NCBI GenBank assembly: GCA_002009975.1
Contig: MTLP01000032.1
Coordinates: forward strand, 63,442-127,441
DNA: 64,000 nucleotides
DNA from: Thermococcus sp. JdFR-02
Lineage (GTDB): Archaea; Methanobacteriota_B; Thermococci; Thermococcales; Thermococcaceae
Direction: 5' to 3'
The translations under genes and the position numbers were made by a program. Below the pieces are notes generated by a model that was not told where the DNA came from, ran no database searches, and saw nothing but the letters and a program-made list of their open reading frames with translations. Shown one piece after another: positions 49,061 to 58,806 of this stretch; positions within the stretch are counted from its first letter, which is position 1, and every line of letters starts with the position of its first letter.

Positions 49061-49134
49061 AAGTGTACCCCGGGGGGAGCGGAGGGAACTCACAGCTCGC
49101 CTCTCGCTCATTCCCCACGGTTGCCCGGGGCATT
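49061..49134 (-). ncRNA. H/ACA box guide sRNA (single hairpin with K-turn)
   Basis: GC-rich: P1 GCCCCGGG/CCCGGGGU, internal pocket, P2 GGGAA/UUCCC, K-turn UGA..GC/GC-UGU-GAG, terminal ACA followed by a T-tract. Confidence 0.8.
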
Positions 49135-49176
49135 AATAAGTAGAGTGAATAAAAATTAAATTTTTTGTTGATGATA

Positions 49177-51339
49177 CTAACCAATCCTCCTTTCAAGCAC
49201 TATTATCAACACTAGGATTCCCAAAAGTCCAAGAACTGCTAAGTACAGCTTTTTAGTTCTAAGTTCTTCAACGATTAAAACTCCTTCCTTGACCTCAAAG
49301 CTTAATTTAACATCTCCCTCCCCTTTAACTGCTATCGCTAAGAAGTCTTCATCACTTCTCACATTTATTTCCCCATTAACATCTTTCCCTTTTAAAGCAA
49401 AAAGGGCTTTTTTCAAATCTGTTGACAGTGGATCAAATTCCTCTTTTTCGCTATTTGGTGTAAAATAGTAAGCCCTTAATTCAACCTCTTTATCTGCTTC
49501 AAGTTTTATTCCAAGCGCTTTACCCCTTAAGTATGTCGCGTTAATAATAAAAACTTTAAGTCCCTCTCCAAATTCCTTCTTTTTAAGGCTGAATGAAAGG
49601 TTTTTTGGATAATTAAGGTAATCCGCAACCAGTAAAATGGAATTAAAGTATCCTCTCCCCTCAACCATTATCATATAATCACTTGCATTGAAAATAACAT
49701 AATCACTTTGTCCTTTAGGCTGTTGTGAAGAGACCAAAATTTTCCCATAGCTATTTAAAATGTGGAGGGTTAGATCTTTCCCCTGTCTAACATATCTCCC
49801 ATAAAGAAAGGCTATTAAAGTCCTATTGTCGCTTTCAAAGATATATGGTGGGGTTATATCGCTTCCAACTACTCTATAAGGCACGCCTATATGGTGAATT
49901 TCACTCGTGTAGTTCATCTTCAAAAGCCAATTGTCGCCATATACTGGTAAAACTCCCCCACCTCTTATCTCAAGCCTTAGCGGAAGCTTAATCCCTCCAA
50001 TTGTCAAATTGAAATCTAATACATCATTAATTCTAAAACCTTGAGGAAAGGTAGGCAAGGTTAAGAGCAGAAGCACCTGAGTTTCTCCCAAAACTTGAAG
50101 TTCATTTATTTGCACATCTTTATAATAAAAGCTCACCTTTATTGATTCTGGAATCCCTTCAATGCCTAACTCTACTTTCTCGTTTCCCTTTATGTTTATA
50201 ATATAACTTGCACTTCCTCCCAAGTATGTCTTTGCATAAGTATTAACAGCTTTAACTTCCAACTTTTGTTCTAAGGCTATTGGAATAGTTGCAGAAAACT
50301 CTTTTGATGATACTAAAACACTTAAATACAAGGCATCTTCTGGAACTTTAAACTCAACAACAACTTTTTCATTTGGCTCAATTTTGACGTAGTGATAATA
50401 TGGATCTCCAATGATTACGGAATTCTGCATGATGCTTATTTTCCCACTAAAGGGCGTTTTACCTTCGTTTTCAAGCCATAACTTAACCTTATTTCCCTCC
50501 TTTTCAGCTTTAACAAGAGAAACCTCTGGAGGTTCGAAATAAAAGCTCTCCTGTGTTATAACTCCATAATCGAGCAATATTGTACCCTGATTTATATCAC
50601 TTTCAAATTCAACTTCCCTGATCTCTTTACCTTGAAGTGTCATTCTTCTTGTTTCAATTGTTAAACCATTGAAAAGAAGCTTTAAAGTAATATTCACACT
50701 TTCTTTTCCGTGATTTTTCAGGAGAACATTAATTTTCTCATCTTTCCAGATTTTCTCAATTGTCACAAGCTCCTCAAGTGTTTCAATAAAAATCGTTTTG
50801 CTTATCTTTGATCTAATAAGAGAGAAGGTCAAAATGTTTGAAGGAGGATTTTTTAGGATTATAGTATATTCCTCACCATTTTTCAACCTCAAAGGAGTTT
50901 CTTTCAGCAAAATATTTCCTGCAGTTATCTTTAGTGTATCATTTAGATCAAAGTAGCCGGTGTTTTTAATCCTGACTTTTAAATAAGCGTTAAAGCTCTC
51001 TAGAACTTCCACGCTAAAGTCTCTTTTCTTCAAAACTTCGATCTTAGAATAGTTGCCAAAGATGTGTAGAGTTAAGAGCAATTTTTCAATATCAAGTCTT
51101 CCAATGGTGTAGTTCACTCCATCTATACCTAATGTCTCCCCAAAAGCCAGGGGTCTTGAGAAGGTTTCATTTGGAGTTTCAACACTTAGAAGAACTAAGC
51201 TTGGATCATTTTGAGCAACATCAAATGTCACTATGCTATCATCTACAAGCAAAACTTCATCTATCCCAAACTCGATAGTGTAAGCATAAACGTTTCCTAT
51301 CAAAAGTGTAAAGAGAGTAAAGAGCAATATTTTCTTCAT
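49177..51339 (-). CDS. Secreted multi-Ig-like protein with C-terminal anchor, ABC-associated
   Basis: Signal peptide, repeated V.LKN.G beta-sandwich motifs, C-terminal TM plus RR. Confidence 0.7.
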   Translation of the reverse strand: MKKILLFTLFTLLIGNVYAYTIEFGIDEVLLVDDSIVTFDVAQNDPSLVLLSVETPNETFSRPLAFGETLGIDGVNYTIGRLDIEKLLLTLHIFGNYSKIEVLKKRDFSVEVLESFNAYLKVRIKNTGYFDLNDTLKITAGNILLKETPLRLKNGEEYTIILKNPPSNILTFSLIRSKISKTIFIETLEELVTIEKIWKDEKINVLLKNHGKESVNITLKLLFNGLTIETRRMTLQGKEIREVEFESDINQGTILLDYGVITQESFYFEPPEVSLVKAEKEGNKVKLWLENEGKTPFSGKISIMQNSVIIGDPYYHYVKIEPNEKVVVEFKVPEDALYLSVLVSSKEFSATIPIALEQKLEVKAVNTYAKTYLGGSASYIINIKGNEKVELGIEGIPESIKVSFYYKDVQINELQVLGETQVLLLLTLPTFPQGFRINDVLDFNLTIGGIKLPLRLEIRGGGVLPVYGDNWLLKMNYTSEIHHIGVPYRVVGSDITPPYIFESDNRTLIAFLYGRYVRQGKDLTLHILNSYGKILVSSQQPKGQSDYVIFNASDYMIMVEGRGYFNSILLVADYLNYPKNLSFSLKKKEFGEGLKVFIINATYLRGKALGIKLEADKEVELRAYYFTPNSEKEEFDPLSTDLKKALFALKGKDVNGEINVRSDEDFLAIAVKGEGDVKLSFEVKEGVLIVEELRTKKLYLAVLGLLGILVLIIVLERRIG

Positions 51340-51342
51340 TTC

Positions 51343-52119
51343 TCACCCCTCGTACTCCTTTCTGTAGATGGCTAAAAGTGTGAAAATTATCCCCAAAATA
51401 ATCACGCTCAAAAAGAATGTCGCACTAACATTTGGATCTCCTTTGTAAATATCCAAGCCTGTGTGCAGAGTAAAGCTCTTTTTAAGCAAAACCCCAATTT
51501 GATAGCTCAAATTAAAGCGTTCTGGATCATCAAAGAAAGGCAAATTTGGGAGTATGTACTGCACTACAAAAATTACTGCAAAGCTTGCTAAGGATGCATA
51601 CAAAGGTCTTGCTATTGCAACAGATAGAAGCATTGAAAAAGCTCCTAAGCTTCCAAGAAGAAGCAAAGTAACCCCTAAAGCAAACAAAAGATCATTAAAA
51701 GTTGTTGTAATTCCTTCAAAACCTGCTTTATAAAGCAAGGTTGAGTAGATTTGCATTACTAAAAAAGGCAACCCATACAGAATCGCTAGACTACTCATTC
51801 CAGCAAAAAATTTTCCCAGGACAATCTCGCTCTTTTTTATCGGCTTTACTAAAAGCAACCTCATTGTTCCCCTATCAATTTCACTCGCTAAAAGGTCACT
51901 CATTATGATTATCGCTATTAATTGCCCTATAATGCTAACCCAGAAATTTATGAGTGATGAGGACATGACAATTTGGAATTCCCTCTCAAGTGGCTTTGCA
52001 CCGTATTCTGTAATCTCGCCATGGGTGAAGAAGTAAACTACCACTGGGAGAAACATTATCGCGAGCATTATCTTAAATCTCCTTGACTTTAAGAGCCTTA
52101 GGACTTCATTTTGATACAA
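51343..52119 (-). CDS. ABC-2 type permease
   Basis: ASEIDRGTMRLLLVKPI...IVLGKF. Confidence 0.9.
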   Translation of the reverse strand: MYQNEVLRLLKSRRFKIMLAIMFLPVVVYFFTHGEITEYGAKPLEREFQIVMSSSLINFWVSIIGQLIAIIIMSDLLASEIDRGTMRLLLVKPIKKSEIVLGKFFAGMSSLAILYGLPFLVMQIYSTLLYKAGFEGITTTFNDLLFALGVTLLLLGSLGAFSMLLSVAIARPLYASLASFAVIFVVQYILPNLPFFDDPERFNLSYQIGVLLKKSFTLHTGLDIYKGDPNVSATFFLSVIILGIIFTLLAIYRKEYEG

Positions 52120-53087
52120 AATCCAAATCTTAGGTTCTCTAATCGTGTCCCCACCTCTATGTTGAACTTCTCCATCAGTATTCTCTCAAGAGGGCTTGTA
52201 TGTGGCTTAAAGAGCTTTAGCTTAATTCCTTCGCTTGCTAAATAATGCGGAAACTGGAGGAAAAATTCTTCTAAAAAACGAGGCTCTATTCTTGCATGCA
52301 AAATATTATCTTCTTCCCATAGTTCTCTAACATAAGATTTTTCACTCAAAAAATCTATGACCCTTTCATTATCAGATGTTAGGATGTCATATTCATTCTC
52401 CTCTATTCTTGTGAGCTCTGAAATTTTTCCTTGGGCAATTAGTCTCCCTTGATTTATTATCCCAACATAGTTGCACATCCTCTCAATTTCACTTACTATG
52501 TGGGAGCTTATGAAGATAGTTTTCCCTTCTTTTTTAGCAAGTTCAATAAGCTTCCCTATAAACTCTATTCTTCCTAGGGGATCTAAATTTGCTGTTGGTT
52601 CATCTAAGATTAGAAGTTCTGGTTCACCAATTAAAGCTGCAGCAAAAGAAACTCTCTGCTTTTGACCAGAGGATAGCTCTTTGATTTTGTTGAATGCCAG
52701 CTTTCCAACACCAACATAAGCTAAAAGCTCCTTTGTTTTTTCTCTCGCCTCTTCTTTGCTTAAGCCAGATAATCTTCCAATGTAGATTAGAAATTCAAAA
52801 ATATTCATCTCCTCATAAGCTATAGGAACCTCTGGCATATAGCCAACTCTCTCCATGATCCTAATTCTATCCCGCGGCATGTCTAATCCAAAAATCTTTA
52901 TCTCACCATAAGTCGGTCTCAGGGCATTTGTGAGCATTTTTATTGTGGTTGTTTTTCCAGCACCATTTGGACCTAAAAATCCATAAATAGAACCTTTTGG
53001 AACCTTTAAGTCAAGATGATAAACAACATTACGCTTTCCAAAGAACTTAGTGAGCTTATGGGTTTCTATGATATACATCTCAACCAC
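52098..53087 (-). CDS. ABC transporter ATP-binding protein
   Basis: GPNGAGKTT, LSSGQ, LILDEP, SSH. Confidence 0.95.
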   Translation of the reverse strand: MVEMYIIETHKLTKFFGKRNVVYHLDLKVPKGSIYGFLGPNGAGKTTTIKMLTNALRPTYGEIKIFGLDMPRDRIRIMERVGYMPEVPIAYEEMNIFEFLIYIGRLSGLSKEEAREKTKELLAYVGVGKLAFNKIKELSSGQKQRVSFAAALIGEPELLILDEPTANLDPLGRIEFIGKLIELAKKEGKTIFISSHIVSEIERMCNYVGIINQGRLIAQGKISELTRIEENEYDILTSDNERVIDFLSEKSYVRELWEEDNILHARIEPRFLEEFFLQFPHYLASEGIKLKLFKPHTSPLERILMEKFNIEVGTRLENLRFGFCIKMKS

Positions 53088-53230
53088 ACGATAAAAATCT
53101 GAAAGGGAAGTATAAATATTCTTTGTTTTAAAACTTTCATGAATATAACTGTAAGGAATACTCCCTTCTGAGATTAATTACTCTCACTCATGAAAAAGGT
53201 TATATATTGCCTTATTTCTAATATAAAGCG

Positions 53231-53479
53231 GTGAAAGATATGAAAATTGTTGAATTGGATATAAAATTGCCATATAATGAAAGAGGAAAAGTTTTGAGTA
53301 AGATTTGTGAAAAAGTCAGAGGTAAAATTAAAGACATACGCTTCCTACCTCCTACCCTTCTAGGAATCAGCGAAATTAGAATGGAAATTGAAGAGGAGAA
53401 CATATCAAAGCTCCTTGAAGATTTGAGAAAAATAGTTAAAGAAGGAAATCTCAGCTTCAAGGTTCTTGCTGAGGCTTAA
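53231..53479 (+). CDS. Small hypothetical protein (ferredoxin/ACT-like)
   Basis: 82-aa ORF with an upstream TATA; alternating beta/alpha pattern. Confidence 0.6.
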   Translation: MKDMKIVELDIKLPYNERGKVLSKICEKVRGKIKDIRFLPPTLLGISEIRMEIEEENISKLLEDLRKIVKEGNLSFKVLAEA

Positions 53480-54318
53480 CGCTGGACTATCGCTCTAACT
53501 CCAGCAGATGCAAGCACCAATAGTTCGAAAATCTTGTAGGCTTCTATTATATCTTTTGTTTCATATTCAACTGTTTTTCCATCTATGCGCTTCACCATTG
53601 GCAAAAGCTCTGCTGCATCAGCCATTTCACTTCCTAAAAATCTAATCTTCACTTTTACGGGATAGCTTGTTTTTAGTGGCTTAGTTTCACCAGCCTTAAA
53701 CTTTTCTACTCCTCTTTTAACTGCTTTCCTAATTTCTTTTTCTAATTTTGAAAGACTTGGACTTTTTGCCGAATATCTTGATAGGGAAGTTTTGAGAACA
53801 ACTCCTTCTGCCCAAGGTGTAAACTTCCTGACATCTTCCTCAATCAACTTTGCATCTCCCGCAACCAAAATAGCGGGAACATTGTAATGCCCAGCAACAT
53901 AAGCGTTGAGTAAAAACTCACTCACCGGAATGCTGTTTATTTCAATCCTATCTATTGATGCTCCGCTGTAAGTGTGGTCAAAAGTCGACTTTGGAGTTCC
54001 TGCTTTTGAGTGATAGCCTAAGAAAAGGGCGACATCACATTCTTCAACATAAGCAACCATGCTTAAAGGTCTTGGAAAGCCTCTAACGATCTCAACGTAC
54101 TCTGGAAGTTCATCAATTAACAGATTTACCATAGGACCATGGCTATCGGCTATTATTACTTCATCGAAACCGTTTTCCTTCAAAGATTCAGCCGCTACAA
54201 GGGTAATTTTAGTCGCTATTTTTCTCGCTTCGTTGTAAAGAGTGCCTTTAACAAAGAGATGCTCTCTACTAACAATATAGGGCATTCCTTCTAAATCAAT
54301 TGAGATAAACACTCTCAT
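53476..54318 (-). CDS. M55-family D-aminopeptidase (DppA-like)
   Basis: ISIDLEG, ADSHG, LGYHSKAG, HT, SE, GD. Confidence 0.92.
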   Translation of the reverse strand: MRVFISIDLEGMPYIVSREHLFVKGTLYNEARKIATKITLVAAESLKENGFDEVIIADSHGPMVNLLIDELPEYVEIVRGFPRPLSMVAYVEECDVALFLGYHSKAGTPKSTFDHTYSGASIDRIEINSIPVSEFLLNAYVAGHYNVPAILVAGDAKLIEEDVRKFTPWAEGVVLKTSLSRYSAKSPSLSKLEKEIRKAVKRGVEKFKAGETKPLKTSYPVKVKIRFLGSEMADAAELLPMVKRIDGKTVEYETKDIIEAYKIFELLVLASAGVRAIVQR

Positions 54319-54359
54319 AATATCACCAAAAGGATTTAAGAAAAGGGAGGATATAAACT

Positions 54360-55130
54360 TTAAGGCTTAACTTCTTTAACGCCCTTTACAAGATTTTCAA
54401 GAATCTTTTGAGCTTTTTCTAAAGAGCCAGCTTTTTCCACAGCTGTTCCTGTAACCACTATATCAGCACCACTTTGGGCAACTTCTCTAGCATCTTGATA
54501 AGTCCTTATTCCTCCACCAACAATTAGAGGAACGTCTAAAACGCTTTTAACCGCTTTAATCATCTCATTTGGAACATGCTTTGGTGCCCCGCTTCCAGCT
54601 TCTAAATAAATTAAACGCATTCCCATGTATTGACCAGCTAATGCATAAGCAGCTGCAATTTTTGGCTTATGTCTCGGAATTGGCTTTGCATCACCAACCC
54701 ATCCTACTGCCTCACCGGGCTCAACAATAAGATAAGCCATTGGAATCGGTTCTAATTTATACTGCTTAACTCTAAAAGCTCCTAAAGCTTGAGCGCCTGT
54801 AATAAAGAAAGGATTTGTTGAATTTAAGAGACTCATGAAAAACAAAGCATCTGCATATTTACTTAATCCTCCATGAGAACCTGGGAAGAGTATAACTGGC
54901 AGATTTGAATTCTCTTTTATTGATTTTACAACATTGTCCAAAATTTCTCCTTCGGCACCTGTAGAGCCACCCACCATTATTGCATCAACACCAAGCTCTT
55001 CACTCATTTTAGCCAGTTCAGCCGCTACCTCTGGAGAAACATCATCTGGATCAAGCAAAACAAAGTGAAGCTTTTCCTTTTCAAGTTTTTCATAAATATA
55101 ACTTTCAACTTTTCCTATTTTTATCCTCAT
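54360..55130 (-). CDS. Geranylgeranylglyceryl phosphate synthase
   Basis: LLDPD, MVGGS, FMSLLNS, YLEAGSGA, VGGGIR, VTGT. Confidence 0.93.
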   Translation of the reverse strand: MRIKIGKVESYIYEKLEKEKLHFVLLDPDDVSPEVAAELAKMSEELGVDAIMVGGSTGAEGEILDNVVKSIKENSNLPVILFPGSHGGLSKYADALFFMSLLNSTNPFFITGAQALGAFRVKQYKLEPIPMAYLIVEPGEAVGWVGDAKPIPRHKPKIAAAYALAGQYMGMRLIYLEAGSGAPKHVPNEMIKAVKSVLDVPLIVGGGIRTYQDAREVAQSGADIVVTGTAVEKAGSLEKAQKILENLVKGVKEVKP

Positions 55131-55573
55131 TTCCTACCCTCCAAATTTTTAATCTCATCCCTATTTTTAACTATTTTCCACGTTAAGTTCAACTTTTTCA
55201 AAATGTCTCTCAAAGCTTCATTAGGCTCCTTTCTACCAAAATAATACAGATTTGAGCTAATTTTTAAATCACTCGCTCCAAAGCCCTTAACAGCTTTTCC
55301 AAATTTTGAAAGTTCATTTGAAAGCTTTTCCTCTAAACGTTCTTCACAGGGTATTAAATAAGCACTTAAAAGTTTGCTCTCCTTTAAGAGGAAATCAATG
55401 TGCCAATGACTCCTTTTTTCTTTTTTGAAGTGCCTTTCAACCCTTTTTTCAACAGAATTCATTGCAGAACCAACATAAACATAATAGCCCTTTTTAAGTT
55501 CGAAAGTTTTCCTCTTTGTTTTTATTCTCTTATCTTCATCCAGCCAAATTACAAGGAAATATGAACCTTTCAT
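55127..55573 (-). CDS. DUF123 GIY-YIG/Uri-superfamily endonuclease
   Basis: KGSY, GYYVYVGSA, RH, HWHIDF, GFGASD. Confidence 0.88.
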   Translation of the reverse strand: MKGSYFLVIWLDEDKRIKTKRKTFELKKGYYVYVGSAMNSVEKRVERHFKKEKRSHWHIDFLLKESKLLSAYLIPCEERLEEKLSNELSKFGKAVKGFGASDLKISSNLYYFGRKEPNEALRDILKKLNLTWKIVKNRDEIKNLEGRK

Positions 55574-55662
55574 GGAGCAAACTTAGGAGAATGTGAACTT
55601 AATTTTTGTGGTCTCTTCACTATCCCTATATTTATAAAGCTAATTGAGTAACTTCAACTGAG

Positions 55663-56070
55663 GTGCAATTAATGGATAAAAAGAAGAAGCCCAAAAGAGC
55701 CATAGAGGAGTTCCCATGGCAGGAATATGAGAAAGAGGAATTTGAAGAGAGGTTCCCTTACTTGGCTAAAGAACTTAAGGAGACTAAAGGTGTTGCCATT
55801 ACCAGATATCGCGAGAGTGAAGAGGAATTCCTTAAAGAGGAAGAATTCGAGAAAATTGACTTTTCCGAGTATACTCCTACTGTGATTGACTTTTTAAGGC
55901 GCTGTGAAACAGATGAGGAAGCTTTAGAGATTATAAATTGGCTTGAAGAAAGGGGAGAAATAAGCCACGAATTAGCTAAGGAATTAAGGATTAAACTTGT
56001 AAAAGAGGGAGTTAGATCATTTGGACCTAAGAAAGAATGGGGATGGTATGAGAGACATGGAAAGCATTAA
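55663..56070 (+). CDS. DUF2095 protein
   Basis: FPYLAKEL, PTVIDFLRRC...EALEII, GVRSFG.K..GWY. Confidence 0.8.
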   Translation: MQLMDKKKKPKRAIEEFPWQEYEKEEFEERFPYLAKELKETKGVAITRYRESEEEFLKEEEFEKIDFSEYTPTVIDFLRRCETDEEALEIINWLEERGEISHELAKELRIKLVKEGVRSFGPKKEWGWYERHGKH

Positions 56071-56166
56071 CTGAAAAGCTCTTTTCATTTGGACAAAATA
56101 TCCAATGTAAAGCACCACCTTTCTCTTTGACAATGTTTAAATAGTGTTTCATGCTAAGAAAATTCG

Positions 56167-56601
56167 GTGGTGAAAATGGAGCGTTCAAAAGTTAGGATTC
56201 TCATTGCCAAGCCAGGTTTAGATGGTCACGATAGAGGGGCTAAGGTAATTGCAAGAGCTTTAAGAGATGCTGGTTTTGAAGTCATTTATACTGGAATTAG
56301 GCAAACTCCAGAACAGATCGTTGAAAGCGTAATCCAAGAAGACGTAGATGTTTTAGGATTGAGCATTCTTTCCGGTGCTCACATGGTTCTAATTCCAAAG
56401 ATTCTAAAGCTTTTAGAAGAGAAAGATCTTAAGCCAAATGAAGATGTTTTGGTAATTGCTGGTGGGATTATTCCACCAGATGATGCTCAAGCTCTCGAAA
56501 ATATGGGTGTTGCAAAGGTTTTTGGTCCTGGAAGTCCAATTGAAGAGATAATTGGGTTCATAGATGAAAATGTTGCGAAGCTTAAGAAATTTAGAGCATA
56601 A
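56167..56601 (+). CDS. Methylmalonyl-CoA mutase, cobalamin-binding subunit
   Basis: [22 protein letters not shown]. Confidence 0.95.
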   Translation: MVKMERSKVRILIAKPGLDGHDRGAKVIARALRDAGFEVIYTGIRQTPEQIVESVIQEDVDVLGLSILSGAHMVLIPKILKLLEEKDLKPNEDVLVIAGGIIPPDDAQALENMGVAKVFGPGSPIEEIIGFIDENVAKLKKFRA

Positions 56602-56643
56602 AATCCAATACGTTTATAATTTATTTTGGACAAATAATCCAAG

Positions 56644-57615
56644 TTGGGGTTAGAGATGATCAAAGATTTGATAGAAAGAATGCTCAAAGGGGATAAAAAA
56701 GCAACTGCTCGCCTAATAACTCTTGTTGAAAACGATGAAGAAAAAGCAAGGGAAATTGTTAAAAAAATTTATCCTTTTACAGGAAAAGCATACATAGTAG
56801 GTATAACCGGCCCTCCTGGTTCTGGGAAATCAACACTCCTAGATAAGCTCATCAAAAAAGCAAGGCAAGAGGGAAAGATAGTTGGAGTTATAGCTATTGA
56901 CCCAACCTCCCCTTTTACTGGAGGAGCTTTATTGGGGGATAGAATCAGAATGCAAAGACATTCTACCGATCCAGGGGTTTTTATACGGAGTATGGCTACA
57001 AGAGGTTCTTTGGGGGGCTTAGCAAAAGCAACCAATGATGCAATTAAAGTTTTAGATGCCTATGGTTGTGATGTTATTTTTGTCGAGACAGTTGGAGTTG
57101 GACAAATTGAAGTAGATATAGTTAAAACAGCAGACACAGTTGTTTTAGTCACTGTACCAGGTTTAGGAGATGACATTCAAGCAATAAAAGCAGGATTAAT
57201 GGAGATTGCAGATATATTTGTAATAAACAAAGCAGATAAAGAAGAGGCTGATAAAACCCTATTTGAGCTTGAACTAATGTTAGATCTTGAGAGAGAGAAG
57301 TTTGAAAAGAGAGGATGGAGACCAAAGGTTATTAAAACTGTTGCAACCTTGAATAAGGGGATAGATGAACTTTGGAGTGTAATAAAAGAGCATGAAAAGT
57401 GGCTTAAATCTGCAGATAAGCTAAAAGAAAAAAGACGTTTTAGAGCAGAGGAGGAAGTAAAAACTATAGTTTCTGATTTTATTGTGAGTAAAGTGAGCAA
57501 AGAATTAAAGAATAATGAATTGTATGAACTAGTTGGAAAAGTTGCCAATAGGGAGCTTGACCCTTACACTGCTGCTGAATTGATTATGGAGAAGACTTTG
57601 GGGGTGAAGGTATGA
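56644..57615 (+). CDS. meaB: MeaB/ArgK GTPase
   Basis: [38 protein letters not shown]. Confidence 0.93.
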   Translation: MGLEMIKDLIERMLKGDKKATARLITLVENDEEKAREIVKKIYPFTGKAYIVGITGPPGSGKSTLLDKLIKKARQEGKIVGVIAIDPTSPFTGGALLGDRIRMQRHSTDPGVFIRSMATRGSLGGLAKATNDAIKVLDAYGCDVIFVETVGVGQIEVDIVKTADTVVLVTVPGLGDDIQAIKAGLMEIADIFVINKADKEEADKTLFELELMLDLEREKFEKRGWRPKVIKTVATLNKGIDELWSVIKEHEKWLKSADKLKEKRRFRAEEEVKTIVSDFIVSKVSKELKNNELYELVGKVANRELDPYTAAELIMEKTLGVKV

Positions 57616-58013
57616 TAAAGAAGGTTGACCATGTTGGAATTGCTGTTAAAAATTTAGATGAGGCGGTTAAGCTTTGGGAGGCTTTGGGATTAAAGGTTGA
57701 TGAAATTGAAGAAGTTCCAGAGCAAAAAGTTAGAACTGCAATATTCCACGTTGGAGAAAGCAGAATAGAGCTTTTAGAGGCTACAAGCGAAGATTCACCA
57801 ATAGCTAAGTTCATAGCAAAGAGAGGAGAAGGAATTCACCACATAGCTTTAGGTGTTGATAACATAGAAGAGCATTTAGAAAAGCTAAAAGAGCAAGGAT
57901 TCAGGCTTATTGATGAGAAACCAAGAATTGGTGTTGGTGGAGCAAAGATAGCCTTTATCCATCCAAAGAGCGTTAATGGTGTTTTACTCGAACTTTGTGA
58001 AAGGGAAGAATAA
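57612..58013 (+). CDS. mce: Methylmalonyl-CoA epimerase
   Basis: DHVGIAV, IELLE, GIHHIA, FIHPK...GVLLEL. Confidence 0.93.
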   Translation: MIKKVDHVGIAVKNLDEAVKLWEALGLKVDEIEEVPEQKVRTAIFHVGESRIELLEATSEDSPIAKFIAKRGEGIHHIALGVDNIEEHLEKLKEQGFRLIDEKPRIGVGGAKIAFIHPKSVNGVLLELCEREE

Positions 58014-58213
58014 CATTGTTTAACTGTTCCATTTTGTAAGTATTAAGTTGATTTTCTTCACTCTCTTTTTCATGCGTTACATTAGTAAAGGGTAAAATTT
58101 ATATAGGGGCAAGCACAACATAACGTCAAAATTGTTGTCCCACAGCAATATTGTTTCTAATAAGCAATTGCTTATTATTTAAATAAGTTACCGGGTTACA
58201 ACAGATCTTTCGG

Positions 58214-58660
58214 GTGGTGTTTATGTTAAGAATTATGCATAATAATTATCCCTTAAAAAAGTCTCTTCTGTCAGTTGTGATTCCCTACTCTGAGCTTGAT
58301 AATTTTATCAAAACTCACAACGGTAGAAAGAAGCTTGTCATAACTCGAAAGCCTCTAACGGATAATAAAGATGCAAAATACATTTGGGTTAGTAAAGTTA
58401 AGCATCCTAATGCTATCCATCCATCCGATCTACACATAATTGAGCAAAAGGTTTTGGAAACTTTGAATAAAGAGTCAGTAATTGTTGTATTAGATGCCTT
58501 TGAATACATTATGATGGAGCAAGGACTAGATACAGCGCTTAAATTTGCCTGCAAGCTTAGAGATATGGCACTTTTAAACAACTCTAACTTTGTTGTGACA
58601 GTAGGTGAAGGATTGGAAGAAAAAGAACTCGCCCTTCTTAAGAGAGTCATTGAAGGATGA
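58214..58660 (+). CDS. DUF835 protein
   Basis: LVITR, IWVSK, IHPSDL, VVLDAFEYI, KF...LRD. Confidence 0.85.
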   Translation: MVFMLRIMHNNYPLKKSLLSVVIPYSELDNFIKTHNGRKKLVITRKPLTDNKDAKYIWVSKVKHPNAIHPSDLHIIEQKVLETLNKESVIVVLDAFEYIMMEQGLDTALKFACKLRDMALLNNSNFVVTVGEGLEEKELALLKRVIEG

Positions 58661-58806
58661 GCCATTGTTTTTTAAACAATTACCTTATGTGTCTTTTAAG
58701 ATCGTTTAAACATTGTATTAGTCTTTTTTGGCTAAAGAGTAAGTGGACAAACTGGAAGGTAACATATATATAAGACTCCAGCGTTGTAATTTTTTAGGTG
58801 TGAAAG

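Noticed and set aside
49061-49134. tRNA or simple terminator hairpin
   Set aside because: No cloverleaf or TTC loop; the K-turn plus ACA architecture explains it better.
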